Below the pieces are notes generated by a model. The model ran no database searches and was not told the origin of the DNA. It saw only the letters and a list, made by a program, of their open reading frames with translations. From a bacterium (GTDB lineage: Bacteria; Myxococcota_A; UBA9160; UBA4427), in assembly GCA_030432735.1 (NCBI GenBank), contig JAUIMK010000001.1:1-52361 (forward strand): a stretch of 52,361 bases of DNA, given 5' to 3'. This document shows, piece by piece, positions 45,656 to 52,361 of the stretch. A program made the translations under genes and the position numbers. Within the stretch, counting starts at the first letter, position 1; every line of letters starts with the position of its first letter.

Positions 45656-48376
45656 TTGAGCAGAAGAGCCAGGAACGTCGGGGGGGTGGTCCGTCCGGTG
45701 TCCGGCTTGTCCAGGGAGACGACCGGATTGGGTTGGCTGCAGAAGACGCCGCTCGTGAGCCTGCTCTTCGCCGTCGCGATCGCGGCTGTGCCCTTCCTGC
45801 TCGGCGATCCGTCGCCCGGCGCCGGGGCCCGCTTCGACGACGCGCGCGAAGCGGCCCGGGACTACTTCGTAAGGAACCCCTCCCTCGACGTCGACGCCGT
45901 GGGCGAGCTCGTCCTCGACGGCGTCTGGCTGGCGGAGGCCCGCACTGCCGCGGCCGAGTCCGGGGAAGCCAGCGACGTCCGTCTGCCACCGCGCCTGCTG
46001 GCGCGCTCCCAGGCTCGGCTCGACAGCCTGATCGACGAGGCCTACGTGGCGCGCATGGCGGCGGATCCCGCCTGGCGTCTCGGAGTGCTCGATCAGCAGA
46101 CCCCCGCTCGCAACTACGTCGCGCATGCCTTCGTCCACGAGACGATGGTGGCGTTGGGGCTCTGCATCGCCGTTCTCCTGCTCGTCGGGATGCCGCTCGA
46201 GCGCACCTGGGGCTCACCGATCTTCGCGCTCTTCGTCCTCGCCGCGATCCCGTTGACGGCCCAGGCGTACCGCGTCCTCGACGGATCGAGCGGTGTGCCC
46301 TGGAGCGGGAGTGCCGGGCTGGCCGGAGCGCTGCTCGGAGCCTACTTCATTCGCGGTCTCGGCGGGCACTACGCCGTGCCGGGCTGGGTTCTCCTACCCA
46401 GCTGGATCGCGACGGAAGCGTTCGTCGTGCGCGGATTCTGGATCGACGATCTCGGCTCGATCCCCTGGGCGACGCTCTGCGCCGCGGTGGGCGTCGGCGC
46501 GTCGACCGCCGGCGCGCTCCGACTGCTGAACGTCGAGGCGCGCGTCGATTCGCTCTCGTCGTCTCGCCGGAGCAAGGCGCCGAACCCGGTCGTCCTGCGC
46601 GCGGCGCGGATGCGGAGCGACGGAGATCCCTATCAGGCCTTCGACCTGATCCATGCGGCCTGGCGGGAGGATCCCGAGGATCGCGACGTCTGCGAGGCGT
46701 TCTTCTCGATCGCCGTCGAGGTCGGCCAGCCCGAGGCCGCCGCCGACGCGATCGTTCCGAGTCTGCGCACGGCCCTTCGAAGGGGCGAGTTCACGCGCGC
46801 CGTGGAGACCTGGCTTCCCCTGGCTACGAAGCGCTGTGAAGTCGCGCTGGAGCCGACGGCCTTCGTGCGCCTCGGCGAAGCGCTCCTCGACGCGAGTCAC
46901 CCGGAAGAAGCGCTCTTCTCGTTGCAGAGCGCGATCGACGCCGGGGTGTCTTCCGCCGGCGCCGCCCGGATCGTGAACATCGCCCGCGACCTCGAGCCCG
47001 GGCTCACGCGACGGGCCGCCGAGATCGCCCTCGCGGACCCGTCGATCGAGGGCAACCTGCGCGAGGAGCTCGAACGGCTCGTCGCGTCGACCCACACGGC
47101 ACCGCCGGCCGCGAGCCCGCCGCCGCCGCCGGAATCCCGCTCCCAGCTCGACCGCCGCGTGCATGCGGAGCATCAGCCGGTCGAGACGACCGCCTTCCCG
47201 CTCGAGCTCGATCGAGACGTCGAGACGACGTCCGCGCCGGATCCGAACGAGGAGGCCCTCGCCGCGCAGGCCCTCGACGTCGGCGCGTTCTCCGCGGCGC
47301 GCCTCGGTTCGCCCCCCGCTTCGGCGTCCGCTCCGGAAGCGCCCCCCGTCGACTCCGGCGACGTGCTCTCCCACTGGAACGACCCGTCCTCGGTCGAGCC
47401 CGACGCGCTCGCCGCCTTCGCCCCCGATCTGGACGAAGCCATGAGCGAGGAGGCGCTCTTCGAGGTGGACGATCTCGAGACGCCGGAGACGGGCTTCGAC
47501 TTCGGGCTCCGCAGTGTCGGCGCCGATCAGGTCGACCCGCGAGACGACGAGACCGACACCGACCTGACGCCGCTGATGGACTCGACCGACGAGCTCACGA
47601 GCCCGCTCGCCGACGGCGACGAGGAAGACACGTCGACGGCGGTCTTCGGTTCGTCGGAGGCCCCCGCGTCGACGGAGCCCGAAGCGCCGACCACGTTCCT
47701 CGAGGTGGAGGACGCGGAGGCGAAGACCGCCTTCTTCGAAGCGGAGGACGCCGACGCGAGGACGGCCTTCTTCGAGGCGGAGGATGCGGAGGACGCGGAG
47801 GCGAAGACGGCGTTTCTCGACCTGTCCGCCCCCGCGGAGGGTCCGGCGCGGACCGCGAGTGCGGGCGAGGATGCGACGCCCGTCGCCGCGTCGGCCACGG
47901 ACATCGCGTTCGCGTCCGCCGGTGCCGAGGCGGCGACGACCCTGCTCGAGCGCCGCGCGCTCAAGGCCGTCGCTGCGGTTCCGGTCGACGCCCGCGAGGA
48001 CTGGATCGAGATCGACGCCGAGGGCCGCGGGAAGTCCCGGCTTCCGCTGCATCGGATCGAGGCGATCGCGATCGGCGCCGTCGACGGGCTCGGGCCGCGG
48101 CCGGTGCTCGTGATCGACTTCGTCCTCAACTGGCGCGGCGACGCGAGCGAACCGCTCAAGTCGATCCGGTTGCGGAGCGATCGCTTCGATCCGCTGACCT
48201 TCTCGCCGGACGCCGCCCACCCGCTCGAGGCGCTCACCCGCTGGATCGGGACGCTCGAAGCGAGGACGAACGCCGCCTGCCTGCCTTCGCGGGACGTCCT
48301 GGCCGGCACCTTCGCGCGCTTCGCGGACCTCGCGTCCTACGAGCGCGAGGTGCTGCTCGCGGAGTCGACGTCCTAG
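45656..48376 (+). CDS. Rhomboid-like polytopic membrane domain fused to TPR-like helical region, long acidic repeat-containing linker and an uncharacterised C-terminal domain
   Basis: 906 aa from TTG 45656; in-frame GTG/TTG alternatives exist up to about 45728. It has a rhomboid-like core (VGMPLERTWGSPIFALFVL...WSGSAGLAGALLGAYF), a helical-repeat middle, an Asp/Glu/Ala/Pro-rich region from about aa 490-760, and a C-terminal ~130 aa with no family I recognise. Confidence 0.7.
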   Translation: MSRRARNVGGVVRPVSGLSRETTGLGWLQKTPLVSLLFAVAIAAVPFLLGDPSPGAGARFDDAREAARDYFVRNPSLDVDAVGELVLDGVWLAEARTAAAESGEASDVRLPPRLLARSQARLDSLIDEAYVARMAADPAWRLGVLDQQTPARNYVAHAFVHETMVALGLCIAVLLLVGMPLERTWGSPIFALFVLAAIPLTAQAYRVLDGSSGVPWSGSAGLAGALLGAYFIRGLGGHYAVPGWVLLPSWIATEAFVVRGFWIDDLGSIPWATLCAAVGVGASTAGALRLLNVEARVDSLSSSRRSKAPNPVVLRAARMRSDGDPYQAFDLIHAAWREDPEDRDVCEAFFSIAVEVGQPEAAADAIVPSLRTALRRGEFTRAVETWLPLATKRCEVALEPTAFVRLGEALLDASHPEEALFSLQSAIDAGVSSAGAARIVNIARDLEPGLTRRAAEIALADPSIEGNLREELERLVASTHTAPPAASPPPPPESRSQLDRRVHAEHQPVETTAFPLELDRDVETTSAPDPNEEALAAQALDVGAFSAARLGSPPASASAPEAPPVDSGDVLSHWNDPSSVEPDALAAFAPDLDEAMSEEALFEVDDLETPETGFDFGLRSVGADQVDPRDDETDTDLTPLMDSTDELTSPLADGDEEDTSTAVFGSSEAPASTEPEAPTTFLEVEDAEAKTAFFEAEDADARTAFFEAEDAEDAEAKTAFLDLSAPAEGPARTASAGEDATPVAASATDIAFASAGAEAATTLLERRALKAVAAVPVDAREDWIEIDAEGRGKSRLPLHRIEAIAIGAVDGLGPRPVLVIDFVLNWRGDASEPLKSIRLRSDRFDPLTFSPDAAHPLEALTRWIGTLEARTNAACLPSRDVLAGTFARFADLASYEREVLLAESTS
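47690..47824 (+). repeat. In-frame tandem repeat (36-nt / 12-aa unit, about 3.5 copies) inside the rhomboid-like gene
   Basis: TTFLEVEDAEAK | TAFFEAEDADAR | TAFFEAEDAEDAEAK | TAFLDL. The units start at 47690, 47726, 47762 and 47807. The third unit carries a 9-nt (AED) insertion. Confidence 0.85.
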
Positions 48377-48436
48377 TCGCCTTCGGGACGGATCGTCCGT
48401 CGCGACCGAGGCGTGTCCCAGGAGCCGATCGGACGA

Positions 48437-49123
48437 TCAGCCGATCGCCTCGCTCGCGAGGGCGGCCAGCCGATCGCGGGGGATCGAGACGAAGAGCCCC
48501 TCGGCCTCGGCCGTCAGGACGTCTCTGGCGTAGACCTGCGCCTCGGTGAAGATCTTGCGCCCGTCCTCACGGACGAGGCGGGCCTCGAAGCGGAGATCGA
48601 CGTGGAGCGGGGTGGGGCGGCGATAGTGGACGATCAGGCGTCCGGTCATGCCCGGGTTGCCGCCGAGGCTCTGGACGTAGCCCAGGACTTCGTCGAAGGC
48701 GGCGGCGACCCAGCCGCCGTGCACGTGCCCCGGCGGGCCTTCGTAGGCGGAGCCGAAGTTCGCGGAGGCGCGGGCGGTGAGCTCGCCGCTCCGGGCGATC
48801 GAGAGCGGGGGGGCGAGGGGGTTGGCGAGGCCGATGATCGGGCTCTGGTCGAAGAAGGCGGCGACGTCGCCGGAGGTCGCGGCCTCCGGATGTCCCATCG
48901 TGCGTACGAGCTTCGGGTGGGTCTCGAGGCGGTCGGCATAGCGCTCGAGGGCATCGGCGGCGCTGGCGAGCTCGTCCTCCGGTGCGTCCGAGAGCACCAT
49001 GTGCTCGGTCACGCGACGGAGCGCATCCGCCAGGCGGCGCTTCTGGCGCCAGACGCTCGGATTCGGGACGGCGTCGGGGTCGTAGTAGGTGCGATCACCG
49101 TCGATCGGGTCGTCCTGGGCCAT
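48437..49123 (-). CDS. PaaI-family hotdog-fold thioesterase
   Basis: ATG 49121-49123 gives 228 aa with the motif GPPGHVHGGWVAAAFDEVLG. The longer ORF 48437..49510 has an Arg/Pro-rich extension overlapping xth, which I discard. Confidence 0.7.
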   Translation of the reverse strand: MAQDDPIDGDRTYYDPDAVPNPSVWRQKRRLADALRRVTEHMVLSDAPEDELASAADALERYADRLETHPKLVRTMGHPEAATSGDVAAFFDQSPIIGLANPLAPPLSIARSGELTARASANFGSAYEGPPGHVHGGWVAAAFDEVLGYVQSLGGNPGMTGRLIVHYRRPTPLHVDLRFEARLVREDGRKIFTEAQVYARDVLTAEAEGLFVSIPRDRLAALASEAIG

Positions 49124-49137
49124 GCTGCACGCTCCGT

Positions 49138-49974
49138 TCAGCCGAAGATCGCCGGATCGAGGTCGACGCCGATCGGGCAGTGGTCGGAGCCCTGCGTGTC
49201 GGGCTCGATGAAGGCACTGCGAACGAAGGGCATCGCCGATGGCGACGCGAGGACGTAGTCGATCCGCCAGCCGATGTTCTTGGCGCGGACGCCGAAGCGC
49301 TGGCTCCACCAGGAGTAGTGGCCGGGGCCGCCTTCGAAGGCGCGGAAGGTGTCGATCCAGCCCGCCTCGATCCAGCGATCGAGCTCTTCGCACTCTTCGG
49401 GGAGGAAGCCCGAGGTCTTGCGATTGTCCTTCGGGCGGGCGAGGTCGATCTCCTTGTGGGCCGTGTTGTAGTCGCCCATCACGAGCACGCGGTAGCCGCC
49501 GCGTCGCCATCGCTCGACCTTCTCGAAGAGCGCGCGATACCAGTCGAGCTTGTAGGGCACGCGGTCGTTGCTTCGATCCTTACCCGAGCCGTTCGGGAAG
49601 TAGCCGTTCGCGACGACGAGACGCCCGAAGCGCGCTACCTGGAGCCTTCCCTCGGCGTCGAAACGCTCTTCGCCCAGGCTCGTGTCGAGCCGGTCCGGCT
49701 CGCGGCGGGAGAGCAGCCCGACGCCGGAGTAGCCCTTCCGTTCGGCGGCGACGTAGTGGTGGTGGTAGTCGTCGAGAGACCGGATCTCTTCGGGGATCGC
49801 CGTCTCGTCCGCGCGCACTTCCTGCAGGCCGATGATCTCCGCCTGCGACCCGCGCACCCAGGAATCCAGGCCCTTCTTCGTCGCGGCGCGGATCCCGTTC
49901 ACGTTCCAGGAATAGACGCGCACGTCGTCCGCGTTCTTCGTCGGGTTCGCGGGAGACTTCTTCTTCGCAGCCAA
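49138..49974 (-). CDS. xth: Exodeoxyribonuclease III (AP endonuclease)
   Basis: 278 aa from TTG 49974; GTG 49923 is the alternative, just before VRVYSWNVNG. Motifs include SWNVNGIRA, IIGLQE, VANGYFPNG, GDYNTAH, WIDTFR and SDHCP. Confidence 0.88.
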   Translation of the reverse strand: MAAKKKSPANPTKNADDVRVYSWNVNGIRAATKKGLDSWVRGSQAEIIGLQEVRADETAIPEEIRSLDDYHHHYVAAERKGYSGVGLLSRREPDRLDTSLGEERFDAEGRLQVARFGRLVVANGYFPNGSGKDRSNDRVPYKLDWYRALFEKVERWRRGGYRVLVMGDYNTAHKEIDLARPKDNRKTSGFLPEECEELDRWIEAGWIDTFRAFEGGPGHYSWWSQRFGVRAKNIGWRIDYVLASPSAMPFVRSAFIEPDTQGSDHCPIGVDLDPAIFG

Positions 49975-49977
49975 GGT

Positions 49978-51912
49978 TCAGCTCTCGTCCGACAGGTAGG
50001 TATAGCCGTCCAGTCCCTGGTCGTAGCGCTTTCGCAGGAGCGCCGAGTCCTCGAGGGAGATCCGCCCTTCGCGCAACGCCCGCTCGATCGTCCGGCGGAC
50101 CCGCTCCGAGAGGGCGCGGCGGTCGTATTGTACGTAGTCGAGAACCTCGCTCACCGCGTCGCCCACGACGAAGTGCTCGACTTCGTAGCCTGCGTCGTCG
50201 TCGAGGCGGACGTGGACCGCGTCGGTGTCACCGAAGAGGTTGTGGAGATCGCCGAGGATCTCCTGGTAGGCGCCGACCAGGAAGACGGCGAGGAAATAGG
50301 GCGCGCCGTTCCACGGATGCAGGCGCAACGTCGGCTGCTCCTCGTGCTCGCCGATGAAGCGGTCGAGGCGTCCGTCGGAGTCGCAGGTGAGGTCGACGAT
50401 CGTGCCGTTTCGCGAGGGCGTCTCGTCCAGGCGGTGGATCGGCATGACCGGGAAGACCTGCTTGACCGCCCAGGCGTCGGGCGCCGACTGGAAGATCGAG
50501 AAGTTCCCGAAGTAGGTGTCGGTCAGGAGCGCGGTCAGGTCGTCGAATTCTTCCGGCGTCTCGCCGAGCTGAGCGAGGACCTCGCCGATCCGCCGGCAGC
50601 CGGCGTGGAAGAGGCTCTCGGACTTCGCGCGCCCTCGCAGGTCGAGGTAGCCGAGAGAGAAGAGGGACGCGGCCTCGTCTCGTCCGTGCAGCAGGTCGTG
50701 GTAGCACTCGGAGAGCGTCTCGGGCGCGATCGACTCGACCGCCTCCCTGAGCGCGTGCAGGACCGCGTGGTCGTCGTCGTCGCAGGACGGAGGGTGCGCC
50801 GGGCTCTGATCGCGATTGACGCCGATCACGTCGAAGACGAGCACGGAGTGGTGGGCGACCATCGCGCGCCCGGACTCGGTGATGATGTCCGGCTCCGGGA
50901 TCCCGGCGTCCGCGCAGGCCTGGCTCGCGGCGTAGACGATGTCGTTGGCGTATTCCTGGGTCGAGTAGTTCATCGACGAGGGGTCGTCGGTTCCGCCCCC
51001 CATGTAGTCGACGCCGAGGCCGCCGCCGACGTCGAGCAGATGCAGGGAATCGGCGCCGAGCCGGTGGAGCCCGACGTAGATCCGCATCGCCTCGCGGAGC
51101 GCGTCCTTGTGGGCGCGGATCGACGTGATCTGGCTGCCGATGTGGAAGTGGAGGAGCTCGATGCAGTCGAGCATGTCCTCGGAGCGCAGGCGCTCGACCG
51201 CACCCACGAGCTCGCCCGCGGAGAGGCCGAACTTCGAGTGTTCGCCGCTCGACTCGATCCAGCGGCCCGCGCCGACCGTCGACAGCCGCGCGCGCAGGCC
51301 GATGTGGGGGCGGATGCCGAGGCTCGCGGCCGCCTTCACGATCACGTCGATCTCGTTGTAGCGGTCGACGACGATGACCGGAGTCCGGCCGAGGCGCTGG
51401 GCGAGGAGGGCGGTCTCGACGTAGGCGCGATCCTTGTAGCCGTTGCAGACGAGGAGCGCGTCCTCCGTGTCGAGCAGCGCGAGGGCGATCAGCAGCTCCG
51501 GCTTGCTGCCGGCTTCGAGGCCGACGCCGAAGGGTTTGCCGAAGCCGACGACCTCTTCGACGACGTGCGCCTGCTGGTTCACCTTGATCGGATAGACCCC
51601 GCGCCAGCGCCCGCCGTACTCGTTCTCTTCGATGGCCTCGGCGAAGCAGCCGGCGAGATGTTCGATCCGCGTGGCGAGGATGTCGGAGAAGCGGATCAGC
51701 ATCGGACGGCGCAGTCCCCGCCGCTCGAGCTCGCCGACGAGGTGGGGTAGATCGATCGAGCGCTCCGGCTCGATCGCCGCCGCGCTCGAGCCCGCGTACG
51801 CACCGCGCGGATGGACGCGCAGATCGCCCTGCGGCGACACGGAGAAGAAGCCTTCGCCCCAATCGGCGATCCGATAGAGGTCGGCGCTCTGTTGCGGGGT
51901 CCACTCGGACAT
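49978..51912 (-). CDS. speA: Biosynthetic arginine decarboxylase
   Basis: 644 aa with the SpeA N-terminus (WTPQQSADLYRIADWGEGFFSV), the PLP site YPIKVNQQAHVVEEV, and typical length. Confidence 0.92.
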   Translation of the reverse strand: MSEWTPQQSADLYRIADWGEGFFSVSPQGDLRVHPRGAYAGSSAAAIEPERSIDLPHLVGELERRGLRRPMLIRFSDILATRIEHLAGCFAEAIEENEYGGRWRGVYPIKVNQQAHVVEEVVGFGKPFGVGLEAGSKPELLIALALLDTEDALLVCNGYKDRAYVETALLAQRLGRTPVIVVDRYNEIDVIVKAAASLGIRPHIGLRARLSTVGAGRWIESSGEHSKFGLSAGELVGAVERLRSEDMLDCIELLHFHIGSQITSIRAHKDALREAMRIYVGLHRLGADSLHLLDVGGGLGVDYMGGGTDDPSSMNYSTQEYANDIVYAASQACADAGIPEPDIITESGRAMVAHHSVLVFDVIGVNRDQSPAHPPSCDDDDHAVLHALREAVESIAPETLSECYHDLLHGRDEAASLFSLGYLDLRGRAKSESLFHAGCRRIGEVLAQLGETPEEFDDLTALLTDTYFGNFSIFQSAPDAWAVKQVFPVMPIHRLDETPSRNGTIVDLTCDSDGRLDRFIGEHEEQPTLRLHPWNGAPYFLAVFLVGAYQEILGDLHNLFGDTDAVHVRLDDDAGYEVEHFVVGDAVSEVLDYVQYDRRALSERVRRTIERALREGRISLEDSALLRKRYDQGLDGYTYLSDES

Positions 51913-52100
51913 GGCGACTCCGGCGGAAGGCGTCGCGGAAGGCGGCGCGCGACCGGCGAACGAAGGGGACGAGACGAAGGGCGTCCGGGTCCGACGACGG
52001 GCCCGGGGATTCGAGGGCGGGGGAGGGGCGGCCGCGCGGACGCGCGCCGTCGGCGCTTGTATACCAATTTTCGGCGCGGTCCGAAGGCGGAAAGCGGGGG

Positions 52101-52361
52101 CTAGAGCGGCTCCTCGTGCTCTTCCTGGGCGGCGAGGTCGCGGACCTTCACGACTCCCCGGCTGCGTTCGTCGTCGCCGATCAGGAAGACGCGCAGGGCG
52201 CCCGCCTTGTGCGCGTCCCCGAGCACGCGCTTCAGCTTGCTCTGGCCGAGACTGAGCTCGACCCGCCGACCTTCCGCGCGAAGCCGCGTGGCGACGCCGA
52301 TCGCGGCCGGTTTCTCTTCGGGACCGAACGCATAGACGATGTCCTGCACATCGCGGGAGAG
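52101..52361 (-). CDS. hisS: Class II aminoacyl-tRNA synthetase C-terminal anticodon-binding domain, most like histidine--tRNA ligase; 5' part outside window
   Basis: The open frame to the window edge reads ...DIVYAFGPEEKPAAIGVATRLRAEGRRVELSLGQSKLKRVLGDAHKAGALRVFLIGDDERSRGVVKVRDLAAQEE. This matches the HGTP anticodon-domain pattern (LR..G..v......k..k....A.k.ga....i.G..E...g.v.vkdl). Confidence 0.6.
   Translation of the reverse strand, partial: LSRDVQDIVYAFGPEEKPAAIGVATRLRAEGRRVELSLGQSKLKRVLGDAHKAGALRVFLIGDDERSRGVVKVRDLAAQEEHEEPL

Noticed and set aside
48982-51750. 922-aa plus-strand ORF
   Set aside because: It is antisense to xth and speA, both unambiguous. It has no motifs, and Val/Asp/Arg/Gly-rich composition typical of the reverse frame of GC3-rich genes.

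Overview
High-GC (roughly 70% by eye), very gene-dense chromosomal segment. I call 42 protein-coding genes (two cut by the window edges, one a low-confidence small ORF). I found no rRNA, tRNA, CRISPR array, transposase, integrase or phage gene. Most long ORFs in the six-frame track are Arg/Pro/Gly/Asp-rich shadow frames that overlap recognisable genes, and I discarded them.

Gene content, left to right:
- amtB-glnK (nitrogen)
- bolA plus an unusual Grx4/A-type-carrier-like/rhodanese fusion
- HDOD protein, tail-specific protease, class I fumarase, MFS transporter
- a 505-nt non-coding or small-ORF locus
- SpoU-type methyltransferase, a GATase, a PilZ protein
- a MerR-family regulator followed by a tightly coupled menaquinone operon (menG-F-D-H-A-C-E, no menB)
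- plsC, a C26 amidotransferase-like hydrolase, an SDR and an aminotransferase
- an NTF2-like gene and recC-recB-recD
- rsgA, rbgA, asnS
- an accessory-looking block at about 38.9-48.4 kb: orphan hypothetical, GT2 glycosyltransferase, YfiR-like protein plus chemoreceptor, PHP/DUF3604-like lipoprotein, and a 906-aa rhomboid-like multidomain protein
- a hotdog thioesterase, xth, speA and the 3' end of a HisS-like gene

The best candidate for something undescribed is the YfiR-like periplasmic protein translationally linked to an MCP. Its periplasmic sensor looks like that of the diguanylate cyclase YfiN/DgcN, so this looks like a YfiR switch wired to a chemoreceptor output. That MCP also has very long signalling arms and a non-canonical hairpin tip.

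Secondary candidates are the rhomboid-like protein with apparently degenerate catalytic motifs and acidic tandem repeats, the tri-domain glutaredoxin fusion, and the 10.2-10.6 kb regulatory/small-ORF locus.

I see no defence island or mobile element. All homology statements rest on motif recognition by eye and memory, not on searches. The taxonomic guess (Myxococcota or deltaproteobacteria-like) is low confidence.
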